A stretch of 46,266 nt of DNA from Candidatus Micrarchaeota archaeon (GTDB taxonomy: Archaea; B1Sed10-29; JAJRYS01), in the NCBI GenBank assembly GCA_964496415.1, contig CAZBZN010000002.1:1-46266 (forward strand). The letters are read 5' to 3'. The notes under the pieces are model-generated. The model was not told the DNA's origin. It worked only from the letters and a program-made list of their open reading frames with translations, and did no database searches. Shown here in pieces: positions 18,000 to 28,243 of this stretch (within the stretch, counting starts at the first letter, position 1; each line of letters begins with the position of its first letter). The position numbers and the translations under genes are program-made.

Positions 18000-20081
18000 T
18001 CACTTTTCCTCAGTAGGCTTGTAAATCCCATAACGCGGGGAGTAAATATCACCCTGCCTCTTTAACTGAGAGATTATCTCATCAGCGGTTTCTTCTTTAA
18101 TACCCTGTTCTTTAGCTTCAGCAAGTATTGCTTCATGAGAAGCTTCTCCATACTCTTGATTAAGCCTCTTAATAATCCTATAAATAATCTTTATTCTGTC
18201 AGCTTTAGACTTAGAAATCCCAGTAGTTATCACATCAATGTCAAGCCTTCCAGTATCAGGGTCAACTCCTATCTGCTTCAAGGAATACTTCATCAAGTTT
18301 ATAGCTCTCTCAGCATCCTGTTCTTCAACAACATTACTAAGCCTTCCTTTAGCACTTGCTTCAGCAAGCCTGACAATTCCCTCCAAGTACCTTGCAGTAA
18401 TAGGAACAGCTCCCTGCTTCTCACCAAGCTTTCTTAAATCCAAGTAAAAGTTCTTAATCTTTTCAATAGCTTGCTTTGAAAGAACAGGGAAATAATTCTT
18501 CCTAGCATAAGCAATATACTTCCTAAGCAACTCAGGTTCTATGACAGGAGAAACTTTCTCACTAATCCTCTTAAGCTCTTCTTCACTCATTGGCTTTGTT
18601 TCTTTAGAAAACTTAAGTCCTGCCACAAAATGAGAAGTAAGCAAATGCTCTGCAAGCTCAGCATCCTTTTCTTCATCAAGCTCGTCCCTTACAGGAAAAA
18701 TCAAGTCAAAACGACTCATTATCGTAGGCGGGATGTCAAACTGGTTCACTGGAAGCTCAAAAGGATCAAACCTCCCGAACTTAGGGTTAGCAGCAGCAAG
18801 AATAGAAGCATTAGCTTTAAAAGTAGCCACTATTCCAGCTTTTGCAACATGAATCTCCTGAGACTCCATGGCTTCATGCATTGAAGCCCTATCCTGATCA
18901 CCCATCTTATCAAACTCATCAATCAAAGCAATACCCCCAGCAGCCAGTACAAGAGCCCCTGCCTTAAGAGTCCAACCACCTTCAGCAAGCTCATCCCTCT
19001 CAGCAGTAGCAGTCAAACCAGCTGCTGAAGAAGACTTTCCAGAAACATAAATGCCTTTAGGAGCAAGCTGTTTCACGTACATCAGCAAGTGAGTCTTAGC
19101 AGTTCCAGGATCACCTATCAACAACACGTGAATGTCAGGCCTTATTTTCATTCCATCAGGCTTAACTTTTCCAGGAGTGCCTCCAAACAACTGCAAAGCA
19201 ATAGCTTCTTTTATTTTATCATGGCCATAAATAGAAGGAGCAATACTAGCAACTATCTTTTCATAAAGTTTTTCATCCTTAGCAAGCTCATGAATCTTCT
19301 TAACCTCTTCTTCAGTCAAGTCAAGTTCTTCAAATTCTTTCTCAAGCCTGATCACGTTATTAGCACTGACATAAACCTCATAGACAGACCTTCTCGTCTT
19401 TAAAGGACTTAAAAGCTTGTAAGTTCCAATAACCTGAATCTTATCACCAGGATTAATCACTCCAGCCAAGTCATCCTCAAGCATTACTAAAAGCTTTCTT
19501 GACTGTTCTCCTCCTCTCGTAAGCTCTAACGGCTCCTGCATTTCAAGCCTTTGATAGTCAACAAAAACAGACTGCTCTTCAATGAGCTTATAAGAACTCC
19601 TCCCGCACACGCATTGCCCTGGCTCAACAAGCTTTCCTGACTGGTCAGGCTGAGGAACAGTATAAACATGCCCGCAGTAATTACATTGAAAAACAGCACT
19701 GATAAGCTTTGGCTTAGGCTCAGTGACCTTAGTAACCACTCCCTCAACACTAATGAACCTGCCTAAAAACTCTGAGTTCAAGTCTCTTATCAGCACGCTT
19801 TGATCCTGAGGCAGGTCAAAAAACCTCACATGAAGAACAACTTTCTTTCCTTCAGGATTAGTCAAGCTAAGTTCTTCAACCGCTCTCTCAGCAGCAGAAA
19901 CCACTTCCTCAGGAAGAGTTAACAAAAGGTCAGCTAATTCAGGATCATACTCCTCCAAGTCCTTATAACTAACCTCAACACTCTTAACCTTAGGAAACCT
20001 GACAGCAGCATCTTCAAGCCTTGCCTTATACCTTGCAGAGAAAAACTCCTCAAACCTTGAAACCAATTCTCTTTCTTCCAT
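18000..20081 (-). CDS. mcm: MCM replicative helicase
   Basis: Zn motif CNYCGH...CVCG, Walker A GDPGTAKT, Walker B IDEFDKM, arginine finger SRFDLIF and a C-terminal wHTH. Confidence 0.95.
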   Translation of the reverse strand: MEERELVSRFEEFFSARYKARLEDAAVRFPKVKSVEVSYKDLEEYDPELADLLLTLPEEVVSAAERAVEELSLTNPEGKKVVLHVRFFDLPQDQSVLIRDLNSEFLGRFISVEGVVTKVTEPKPKLISAVFQCNYCGHVYTVPQPDQSGKLVEPGQCVCGRSSYKLIEEQSVFVDYQRLEMQEPLELTRGGEQSRKLLVMLEDDLAGVINPGDKIQVIGTYKLLSPLKTRRSVYEVYVSANNVIRLEKEFEELDLTEEEVKKIHELAKDEKLYEKIVASIAPSIYGHDKIKEAIALQLFGGTPGKVKPDGMKIRPDIHVLLIGDPGTAKTHLLMYVKQLAPKGIYVSGKSSSAAGLTATAERDELAEGGWTLKAGALVLAAGGIALIDEFDKMGDQDRASMHEAMESQEIHVAKAGIVATFKANASILAAANPKFGRFDPFELPVNQFDIPPTIMSRFDLIFPVRDELDEEKDAELAEHLLTSHFVAGLKFSKETKPMSEEELKRISEKVSPVIEPELLRKYIAYARKNYFPVLSKQAIEKIKNFYLDLRKLGEKQGAVPITARYLEGIVRLAEASAKGRLSNVVEEQDAERAINLMKYSLKQIGVDPDTGRLDIDVITTGISKSKADRIKIIYRIIKRLNQEYGEASHEAILAEAKEQGIKEETADEIISQLKRQGDIYSPRYGIYKPTEEK

Positions 20082-20163
20082 AAACCATCACTTAAAAAAC
20101 GAAAAACCCTTGGTTTTAATTGTATACTACCAAGTATAAAATAAGCATGGTTGAAACTCCTTT

Positions 20164-21519
20164 TTAAACTCCCTGCTGCCAAACAGGTGTTTCAGGCTCT
20201 TCTTTCTTCTTACGCGTGGAGTAATAATAAAGCACTACTGCTACCACCAGCACTCCTAAAACCACCCAAAAAGTGTTAAAACCTCCTACAACGCATTCAC
20301 TCCAAGACCCATTAACACACTTCTGAGTTCCTCTCTTACCATCAACCGTGCAGGCTCTTACTTCACCCTCAACGCATTCCACTGCTTTATAAGAAGATAT
20401 TATTGACTCTATGGAAGAACCTAACTTGTCAAGAGAGTCAAAATTAAGAGCTGCTTGCTCACAGTCCTCAAGTTTTGAAGAAGAACACAAAGAATAACTC
20501 TCGTTAAGCAAGGAATAGTATTGCTTAAGTTTTGACCCAAGGTTCTTGTAATCGTCAGGAATTCCCTTAGCATTAGCCTGTGAAGTGAAGTTCGCGTACT
20601 TGTTTGAATAATCCTCAAGGCTTTTCATTATCTCATCAATCCTCTGCTTGTCCTGAGAAGAAGCAAGCCTGTTCTCAAGCCTTACCAAGTAATCATCTGC
20701 CTTAGCGTCAAGTGACTCAAAAAAAGCATCAATACTTGCTTTTGTCTCAGAAAGGCTATCCTGTTTTGCAGTCACGCTTTGCTTAAGAGAATAAGAAACT
20801 ATGACTCCTTGAAAAGCTTGAAGCAAGTCAGGTTTTTCCTGTTTAAGGTAATCATTACCAGCTAGCTCTGTTTCAAACTCGCCTGCTTTTTTACTCACAT
20901 CCTCACATGCCCTTAAAAAAGCCTCGTCAGCATTAAAAAAGTCATCAAGCAAAGTCTTTGTCTTTCCAATGTCTTCAGGAGTACTTATTTGAGTAAAACT
21001 TTTCTTAGCATCAATAGCAGTACTCCTAACTTTTTCTGCTTTTGAAACAGCATCCTGCAAAGAATTCTTTAGCGGCTGAAGAGTTGAAAGAGAAACATTA
21101 TCAAGCTGCTGCTCGTAAACCTCAAGGCTTTGCAATGCTGCTGAAAAAGCATCCTGCCTCTGCTGAGCAAAACTCTTCTCGTCATCAAGAAAGTCACTTA
21201 CAGAATCATCAGTAGCAAAAAAATTAGCTAAGTAATGAACTTTTATCGCTTGCTTAGCATCATCACCAGCCTCAATAATACCTGTCTCAGCATTCACTGG
21301 AAACATCACATTAACTTGATTAAAAGAAACAGCTTCTATCACCCAAAAAACTTTCTCGTTCACGTACACTGGCGATGCTGGGACAATGCTTCCCTGCTCT
21401 CCTTGAAAAATGTAACCACTGACTATCTCCTTAGCATCATCCAAAGAATAAGAATACTCCTGAGCAAAACCCAAGCCAAACAACAACCCAAAAACTAACA
21501 CAACCCACAGCTTTCTCAT
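20164..21519 (-). CDS. Secreted, C-terminally anchored surface protein (hypothetical)
   Basis: Signal-like MRKLWVVLVFGLLFGLGFA, a long helical region, a Cys-rich module (CVEGEVRACTVDGKRGTQKCVNGSWSEC) and a C-terminal TM followed by a basic tail. ATG at 21519 preferred over GTG at 21534. Confidence 0.6.
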   Translation of the reverse strand: MRKLWVVLVFGLLFGLGFAQEYSYSLDDAKEIVSGYIFQGEQGSIVPASPVYVNEKVFWVIEAVSFNQVNVMFPVNAETGIIEAGDDAKQAIKVHYLANFFATDDSVSDFLDDEKSFAQQRQDAFSAALQSLEVYEQQLDNVSLSTLQPLKNSLQDAVSKAEKVRSTAIDAKKSFTQISTPEDIGKTKTLLDDFFNADEAFLRACEDVSKKAGEFETELAGNDYLKQEKPDLLQAFQGVIVSYSLKQSVTAKQDSLSETKASIDAFFESLDAKADDYLVRLENRLASSQDKQRIDEIMKSLEDYSNKYANFTSQANAKGIPDDYKNLGSKLKQYYSLLNESYSLCSSSKLEDCEQAALNFDSLDKLGSSIESIISSYKAVECVEGEVRACTVDGKRGTQKCVNGSWSECVVGGFNTFWVVLGVLVVAVVLYYYSTRKKKEEPETPVWQQGV

Positions 21520-21608
21520 GACTCTAACAAACACATAAAAGGTTTTTAAACAATTCGCTGAAAAACCCTTTTAAAGAAAAAAACCACATATTTAAACCAG
21601 GTGATTAA

Positions 21609-22250
21609 ATGCTTAGAAGAAGGAAGTCTAAGAGAAAAATAGAAAAACTCGCTAAAAAATACAAGCCACCAACACTTGAAGAAAAAATGAAACTCTTTAT
21701 TGAAAATCCTAAAATGTTTGAATTAATGATTAAAGAAGCAGCTGACGAAGCAGCAAAAACAGGGTATCCTGCCAGTGAAGAAGAAGTTCATACTGCAATT
21801 GCCACTTCAAAATTTGGAATCACCAAAATATTCAAGGAAATGCTTAGAAAAGGAATTAATCCTAAGACCTTGCAAGTGGAACTAACCAACTTTGACCATT
21901 TAGTAGGTGGAAGAGTAGCAGCTGAAAGAGCTATGAGAGAAGGAATGCTAATATCAAAAGAAGACATTAAAAATGTGGATAAGTTGCTTGAACTTCAAAG
22001 GAAAAAATTGATGGTTTTAGCAAAAGTAGCTGAAGATAAAATTACCAGCAAAGAAGCAGTAGAACAGCTTGATAGAATAACCAAAGAGCAAGTAAAACTA
22101 GCAGAAAAAACAGAAAAGGAACTTGAAAAAGAAATCAAAAAAGAAAAATTAGAAGAAATCCCCCCTGAACTTGAAGAATTACTAACAGCACTTGGGCTTG
22201 GAAGATACGAACCTAAAAAGAAAGAAGGAACAGACATAATGTACCAGTAA
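21609..22250 (+). CDS. Hypothetical protein, KGINP-motif paralog A
   Basis: GGTGAT Shine-Dalgarno upstream. Shares the block LRKGINPKT..NF....ERAMREG....LELQRKKL with ORF 31516-32127. Confidence 0.6.
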   Translation: MLRRRKSKRKIEKLAKKYKPPTLEEKMKLFIENPKMFELMIKEAADEAAKTGYPASEEEVHTAIATSKFGITKIFKEMLRKGINPKTLQVELTNFDHLVGGRVAAERAMREGMLISKEDIKNVDKLLELQRKKLMVLAKVAEDKITSKEAVEQLDRITKEQVKLAEKTEKELEKEIKKEKLEEIPPELEELLTALGLGRYEPKKKEGTDIMYQ

Positions 22251-22270
22251 CTCAGAAACTTGATTAAAAG

Positions 22271-22297
22271 AAGTTTCCTGTAGGGGGAAACTTTTTT
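22271..22297. terminator. Hairpin plus U-run between convergent genes (possible bidirectional terminator)
   Basis: AAGUUUCC (22271-78) pairs with GGAAACUU (22286-93) around a 7-nt loop and is followed by T6. The reverse strand also ends in a T-run. Confidence 0.35.
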
Positions 22298-22353
22298 AAA
22301 TTATTTCCCCCTATGAGAAACCACCATCCTATCAAAACCTAAAAAGCTCTTGC

Positions 22354-25053
22354 TTAATTCTTTCCAAGCATCTTTTTTACTTCTTCGAACGCTTGCCTTG
22401 ATTTTTCTTTCAGTGGTCCTCCTCCTTTGAACTCTTCGCCAATGCCTAAGCCAGGCTTCCCTGGTTTTATTCCTGCTTTTCCCCCCATGACTTCTGCTGC
22501 TTTCATGACGAGTCTTTGAACGTCAACGCTGCATTCCACTCCTCTTATGCCGTAAACCATTCCAGGAGCTATTACTACTACAAAAGAAGAAGGGTCTTGT
22601 TTGACTTTTGCTCTTCCTGCTTCTTGTATTACTCTCATGTCAGGCTTTTCAAAGAACACTACTTCTTCTTCAAGACTCATGCTTTTTGCTTCTTGCTTTG
22701 CTTTCTTCTTCTTTTCTTTTATCTTCTGCTTAAGCAGTTCTTCTAACTCTTCAATGCTTTTTCCTTCAACTAAAGCTTCTGGATCCAGTTCTTTTATCTT
22801 CTTCTCAAGAGCTTTCTTTTTCTCTTCTAATTCTTTTTCCAGTTCTTTTAATGCTTTTTCAACATTATCTTTTCCAGCAACAAACTCTATCCTCACAACC
22901 CCGTCTTTTATCTTCTTAGCTTTAAGCAGTTTTATAGCTTCTATTTCTTTAGTGTTGTCAACATGAGTTCCTCCGCATGCTTCCACGTCCAAGTCATCAA
23001 CAGCAACTATTCTTAACACAGAGGAAGGAACTGCTCCTCCTTGGTAAATCCTAAAACCGTACTTCTTTTCTGCTTCTACGCGTGGCATTTCTTCTTTGAT
23101 TACTGGAACTCCTGCTTGGACTACTTTGTTAGCTTCTTCCTCAATTAACTTAAACTCTTCTTCAGTTATATTATCATAGTGAGTTATGTCAAGCCTTGCC
23201 TTGTCAACTTTCTTTTCTGCTCCTGCCTGCCACACGTGGTTTCCCAGCACTTTCCTAGCAGCATAATTCACTACATGGGTAGCAGTATGATGAACTGTGA
23301 GCTTCTTTCTTCTTTCAGCGTCAACTCTCCCATGCACCAGCATGCCCTGCTTGAACAATGGCTTTTCCACTTCATGAATTATGACTCCTCCTATCTTATG
23401 CACGCTTAATACTTTCACGTTGTTCAAGAACCCAGTATCATAATCCTGTCCACCGCTTTCAGGGTAAAAACCAGTCTTATCAAGGATAACGTAATGTCTT
23501 CCTTCATGGTCAAAAGCTTTTAACACGTATGCTTTGAATTCCAAGCCATTAGAATAATAAAGTTTTTCAGTGTCAGGGACTCCTGTAACGTCAATCCAGG
23601 CTTTTTCTTCTTTTTTCTTTTCCTCTTTCTTCTGTCTTGAAATGAAGTCATAAAACTCTTCAGGAGAAGGCATTTTAACGTTTATTCCTTGTTTTTCAGC
23701 AGCTTCTTGTATCATTTCAGGGGTTATCCCTCTTTCCTCGTAAAGCTTTTTCAAATCATCAAGGGTTACGGCTTCTTGTTTTTTCACGATTGCTTCAACA
23801 ATTCTTCTCGTGTTCACTACAGACTCCTTATATTTCTTCTCTTCGTATTCAAGAATCTTTTTAACATCCTCTAATGACTCAACAAGCTCTGGGTACAATG
23901 ATTTCAGATAGTAAGCGTGTTTTTCAACAAGCTCGTATAAGTCTGTTTGAAGAGAGTACTTTTCAATCAAGCCAAGTGACCTTCTAAGAATAACCCTTAA
24001 GTTATACCCGCCTCCGGTATTGCTTGGAAGCATTCCGTCGCTTATAGCAAAAAGCAAGCTTCTTGAATGGTCAAAAACAGCATGAATAGCATGAATAGGA
24101 CTAAGCTCATGCTCAAGTTCTTCAATGGTTAACCCAAGTTCAGCTGCTATCTTACGCTTTTTCTCCTCAACTCTTCCTTCTTCAATATCAAGCCTGCCTG
24201 AGATCACTGCGTAATCATGCATTAACTTCTCATCATAATCAACTTTTTTACTTAAGTAAGAGAAAGTGGAATCATAAGCAGTAGGAGAGCCATTAACAAA
24301 CCAGTTAATCCTCTCAAGACCCCATCCCACGTCAATGACCTTTTTCTCAAGTTCTTTCTCCTCACCGTTCACTGAATAATACTGCATGAAAACATTAGTA
24401 ACTATCTCCAGTCCATTAGAAAAAGTCTCCAAAGCAGGACCAAACACTGACTTGTCAGGCATTGTCCAAGCATCTTCAACATAAGTAATATCCTCTTTTT
24501 TCACGCCAACTACTTTGGTTAAAAACTCAAGGTTAAGCCTAATGCATTCATCAGACCAGTAATCATCATAAGAATGCTGTCCAGGCATCATAAACCCAGT
24601 AAAGTGCCTGCCAGTAACTCCAACATTTGCAATGTCATTGAACCTTAAGCAAAACTGTGGCACTACAAGATTCTGGCAAGGAAACTCAAACACTACCCTG
24701 CCTTTCTCTATTCTTTGAAAGTCAACAATGCTTGCTATAGTAAAGTTAAGGTTAGGAATCCACCTGCACACAGTAGGATATCTTTTAATGCTTTCATGAC
24801 CCTTGCTTTTGAAAAACTTCTCGTACTCCTGCCATGACTTTAAGTAATCCCAGTCCTTTAATTTTCTCCCAATAAAGGAGTAATTCTCACAGCTAGAATC
24901 ACCGCAAGTGGTCCTATTGCTGTCAGCGGTCCAGAACCACTTACCGCACTTAACGCATTGCTTTCTTTCAAAACCTTGTTCTTTAAACACTTCTAAAAAG
25001 TAGTACTTTTCCCAATCCTCTTGAAACTTGCTTCTAAGCTCTTGTTTTAACAT
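22354..25053 (-). CDS. alaS: Alanyl-tRNA synthetase (archaeal type)
   Basis: 899 aa with an N-terminal archaeal AlaRS catalytic region, editing-domain motifs HHTATHV and CGGTHV, and a C-terminal DHHA1-like region. Confidence 0.93.
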   Translation of the reverse strand: MLKQELRSKFQEDWEKYYFLEVFKEQGFERKQCVKCGKWFWTADSNRTTCGDSSCENYSFIGRKLKDWDYLKSWQEYEKFFKSKGHESIKRYPTVCRWIPNLNFTIASIVDFQRIEKGRVVFEFPCQNLVVPQFCLRFNDIANVGVTGRHFTGFMMPGQHSYDDYWSDECIRLNLEFLTKVVGVKKEDITYVEDAWTMPDKSVFGPALETFSNGLEIVTNVFMQYYSVNGEEKELEKKVIDVGWGLERINWFVNGSPTAYDSTFSYLSKKVDYDEKLMHDYAVISGRLDIEEGRVEEKKRKIAAELGLTIEELEHELSPIHAIHAVFDHSRSLLFAISDGMLPSNTGGGYNLRVILRRSLGLIEKYSLQTDLYELVEKHAYYLKSLYPELVESLEDVKKILEYEEKKYKESVVNTRRIVEAIVKKQEAVTLDDLKKLYEERGITPEMIQEAAEKQGINVKMPSPEEFYDFISRQKKEEKKKEEKAWIDVTGVPDTEKLYYSNGLEFKAYVLKAFDHEGRHYVILDKTGFYPESGGQDYDTGFLNNVKVLSVHKIGGVIIHEVEKPLFKQGMLVHGRVDAERRKKLTVHHTATHVVNYAARKVLGNHVWQAGAEKKVDKARLDITHYDNITEEEFKLIEEEANKVVQAGVPVIKEEMPRVEAEKKYGFRIYQGGAVPSSVLRIVAVDDLDVEACGGTHVDNTKEIEAIKLLKAKKIKDGVVRIEFVAGKDNVEKALKELEKELEEKKKALEKKIKELDPEALVEGKSIEELEELLKQKIKEKKKKAKQEAKSMSLEEEVVFFEKPDMRVIQEAGRAKVKQDPSSFVVVIAPGMVYGIRGVECSVDVQRLVMKAAEVMGGKAGIKPGKPGLGIGEEFKGGGPLKEKSRQAFEEVKKMLGKN

Positions 25054-25102
25054 GATTCAAGAATTAAGAAAAAACAAGCTTAAAAACTTATGCCAACCAA
25101 AC

Positions 25103-26302
25103 TCACTTAAGTACTTCTGCAACAGCTTTCTGCGCAGAATCCAAGTACCTCTTATCACAGTAAACTGAGAAAATAGGAAGAGTATGTTTTTTCCTTTGCA
25201 ATGCTCTTGCAAGATGAGAGATTCTTGTAATCTTGTTCACTTCACCTGTTTTTGACACGAGTTTTATGTTAAACTCCCTCATTCTCGGCTCAGTAAGTTC
25301 AAGAATAGAAGAAGGCATGTCAACCAACAGAAAACCTTTAGGAATCCCTGACTTCCTAGTTAACTCTTCTTCAAGTTCTTTCTCAGAATAATTAGAAACC
25401 AAGTCAATTGCTTTCTCCTTTAGTTTCTTTTCAGAGTTACTAGTAACCTCAATCACTCTCTTAAAGAGCTTTCTGGTTATTATCCTCTCAGCAATCTCAC
25501 TAACATAACCTTTTCTCTGCAAAAGCCTTGAAAGCAATTCACCATCAGTCAAAGCATAGAATTCAGGGACTTCATCAACAACTAACTCCATTGCTCTTAA
25601 GAGCATTTTTTCAGCAATAGAAGCAGTATGATGAGCGTAAACAGTTGAATACATGTGTTCTCTTGCAATCAAAAAAGCTTCAACAGCTTCTAAGCCTTTT
25701 TCCATGAAAACAATTTCATTATTCATTATCCTCATTACTTCAATAATCCTGCCAGCATCAATAACCCCATACTTTGCTCCTGAGTAATGAGAATCCCTTT
25801 GAAGAAAATCCAGCTGGTCAGCGTCAATCTCAGAGAAAATTACTGACTGAAGCAGCTTGTTAGAATGCTTTCTCACAATTAAGTCTGCTACTTCTTTAGG
25901 ATCTAAGCCATGAGCTTCAAGCACTTCTGGAATCATGCCAGAAGAATGAACTGGCAGAACCTGCTTGCCAGTGATTATTTTAACTGCTAACTGCATGTGG
26001 TCTTCTGGAAGTAATGGTTCTAAAGCATGGGAAAAAGGAGTATGAGAAACATCATGAAGAAGCCCTGCTGCCTGAAGCAGTTCTCTTTCTTCAATTTCAA
26101 GTTTTCCTGCAATCATGTTTGATAAAAAAGAAACACCAAGTGCATGTTCTAATCTTGAATGATTAGCTCCAGGATAAACAAGTTTAGTTAAACCAAGTTG
26201 TCTTACCCATGCAAGCCTTTGCACTTCAGGCAAATGAAGCAACTCATCCTGAAGCTTTGAGAGTTTTATATGTCCATGAATAGGATCAAGAATGGTTTTC
26301 AT
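25103..26302 (-). CDS. HD-superfamily phosphohydrolase (COG1078 / SAMHD1-like)
   Basis: DPIHGHIKL, HSRLEHALGV and LLHDVSHTPFSH motifs. Start set at MKTILDPIHG. Confidence 0.75.
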   Translation of the reverse strand: MKTILDPIHGHIKLSKLQDELLHLPEVQRLAWVRQLGLTKLVYPGANHSRLEHALGVSFLSNMIAGKLEIEERELLQAAGLLHDVSHTPFSHALEPLLPEDHMQLAVKIITGKQVLPVHSSGMIPEVLEAHGLDPKEVADLIVRKHSNKLLQSVIFSEIDADQLDFLQRDSHYSGAKYGVIDAGRIIEVMRIMNNEIVFMEKGLEAVEAFLIAREHMYSTVYAHHTASIAEKMLLRAMELVVDEVPEFYALTDGELLSRLLQRKGYVSEIAERIITRKLFKRVIEVTSNSEKKLKEKAIDLVSNYSEKELEEELTRKSGIPKGFLLVDMPSSILELTEPRMREFNIKLVSKTGEVNKITRISHLARALQRKKHTLPIFSVYCDKRYLDSAQKAVAEVLK

Positions 26303-26378
26303 TCTCCCACCCTGATTTTTATTAATACTCAACCTTTTTAATACTATCAATTCATAATAAAGAAGCTTAGGTGGTTAA

Positions 26379-27104
26379 GTGGTTTTAAGACCAAGAGAAG
26401 AGTTCAAAATATACCAAAGAGTATTTGACAACTATACTATTAACACCTTGCTTGCTTTAAAGAGAAAAAAGTACTTTGACACATTAGACTACCCAATTTC
26501 TACTGGAAAAGAAGCAGACGTATACCGCGCTACTGGAACAATCGAAGGTAAAAAAACCTACCTCGCGGTCAAAATTTACAGAATAGAAACCAGCAACTTT
26601 AAAGCAATGCTTGATTACTTAATAGGCGACCCTTTATTCGAAGGAGTTAAAAAAACAAAAAGAGGAATAATAAGCACTTGGTGCAAAAAAGAATTCAAAA
26701 ACCTTACAGAAGCTTTTAAAGTAAAAGTAAAAGTCCCAGAGCCGATAAAAGCAATGAACAATGTTTTAATAATGAAACTTGTCGGTGACAGAAAAGGAAA
26801 CCCCAGCCCATTACTTAAAGACTTAAAAACAGCTGACTATGACAAAATAATCCCCACAGTAACCAAGTATATTAAAGTCCTGTGGACAAAAGCTAAAATA
26901 GTCCACGGAGACATAAACGAGTTTAACATACTAATGAAAAATAATACTCCTTATTTGATTGACATGGCGCAAGCAATGAGCATAAAGCATCCAATGGCTT
27001 TAGAATTACTTCAAAGAGACTTAAGAAACCTTAAAAAAATAGCTGTAAAACATGGAGTTGAGTTTGATTATGAAAAAGTACTCCGCAGTCTTATTCGACC
27101 TTGA
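26379..27104 (+). CDS. rio1: RIO-type serine kinase (Rio1)
   Basis: STGKEADVY, catalytic HGDINEFNIL and IDMAQA motifs. GTG start behind TAGGTGG. Confidence 0.85.
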   Translation: MVLRPREEFKIYQRVFDNYTINTLLALKRKKYFDTLDYPISTGKEADVYRATGTIEGKKTYLAVKIYRIETSNFKAMLDYLIGDPLFEGVKKTKRGIISTWCKKEFKNLTEAFKVKVKVPEPIKAMNNVLIMKLVGDRKGNPSPLLKDLKTADYDKIIPTVTKYIKVLWTKAKIVHGDINEFNILMKNNTPYLIDMAQAMSIKHPMALELLQRDLRNLKKIAVKHGVEFDYEKVLRSLIRP

Positions 27105-27714
27105 TGGAACACTAGTTTCATTAAACTCAGTAGTGGAAGCATTAGAAAAAACCAGCAAACACTTTGGATTAAAACCACTTAGCAAAGAAAAAATTTACAG
27201 AGAAATAGTAGGCCATAGGCTTGGTGAAAAAATAAAAGAAGTATACCCATTAACTGAAGAACAAGCAAAAGCATTCCATGACTATTACAAGAAAGCATAT
27301 GAAAAAACAAAGGTTATTTTTCTTCCTCATGCAAAAGAAGTAGTAGAAAAACTGAAAAAAGCTGGGATAAAAATAGGAATAGTTACTACTAAAAGTAAAA
27401 AAACAAGCATGAAAGTAATAAAAGAACTTGGAATAACCCCTGACGTGATAATAACCCAAGAAGAAGTTAAAGAAGTAAAGCCATCCCCTGAACCAATCTT
27501 AAAAGCATGTGAAATACTAAAAGTAAAACCACGAAAAACCATCATGGTAGGAGACCACGTGTTTGACATACAAGCAGCTAAAAAAGCAGGATGCATTGCA
27601 GTAGCAATCCCAACTGGAGCAAGAACTAAAGAAGAACTAATCAATGAAAAACCACATTACTTAATTAACGACCTGGAGGAATTGTTAAAAATAGTAGGAA
27701 TAGAGAGTGAGTAA
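27070..27714 (+). CDS. HAD-IA hydrolase (phosphoglycolate phosphatase-like)
   Basis: Motif I, AVLFDLDGTLV; motif II, IVTTKS; motif III/IV, K...VGDHVFD. It overlaps the end of rio1. Confidence 0.75.
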   Translation: MKKYSAVLFDLDGTLVSLNSVVEALEKTSKHFGLKPLSKEKIYREIVGHRLGEKIKEVYPLTEEQAKAFHDYYKKAYEKTKVIFLPHAKEVVEKLKKAGIKIGIVTTKSKKTSMKVIKELGITPDVIITQEEVKEVKPSPEPILKACEILKVKPRKTIMVGDHVFDIQAAKKAGCIAVAIPTGARTKEELINEKPHYLINDLEELLKIVGIESE

Positions 27715-28233
27715 ATGGAAGAAGTTGCTGACGAAATAAAAGTACCTTACGAAAGAATAGGAGTGATAATAGGAAAAACAGGAGAAGTAAAGAAAAAGAT
27801 AGAAAAAGAATGCGGAGTAAAGTTATTTATTGACTCAAAGTCAGGCCTTGTGGTAGTTGAAAGGAAAACAGACGTAAAAGACCCTTTGAAAGCAATAAAA
27901 GCTTTAGACATAGTTAAGGCAATGGCTCGTGGTTTTTCACCACAAAAAGCTTTTAAACTCCTGCTTCCTAATTATTACTTAGAAATAATTGACTTGACGG
28001 AATACGTTTCTGACAAAAGTCTTACAAGAGTCAGGTCAAGAATCATTGGAAGGAAAGGCAAAGCAAAAAGGTTTATAGAAGCAAAAACCAACACGTTAAT
28101 CTCAATTTATGGGAAAACTGTTGCGATAATCGGTGACGCTGAAAGTATAGAACTTGCCAAAGAAGCAATCTTAAAACTAATAAAAGGAGCCAAACACGTG
28201 ACAGTTTACAGGTTCCTTCAAACAAAAACTTAG
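27715..28233 (+). CDS. KH-domain RNA-binding protein (archaeal Dim2/Pno1-like)
   Basis: Two KH-like segments (IGVIIGKTGEVKKKIE; RIIGRKGKAKRFIE). The rio1-KH neighbourhood is typical of archaea. Confidence 0.7.
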   Translation: MEEVADEIKVPYERIGVIIGKTGEVKKKIEKECGVKLFIDSKSGLVVVERKTDVKDPLKAIKALDIVKAMARGFSPQKAFKLLLPNYYLEIIDLTEYVSDKSLTRVRSRIIGRKGKAKRFIEAKTNTLISIYGKTVAIIGDAESIELAKEAILKLIKGAKHVTVYRFLQTKT

Positions 28234-28243
28234 GAGTGATTAG

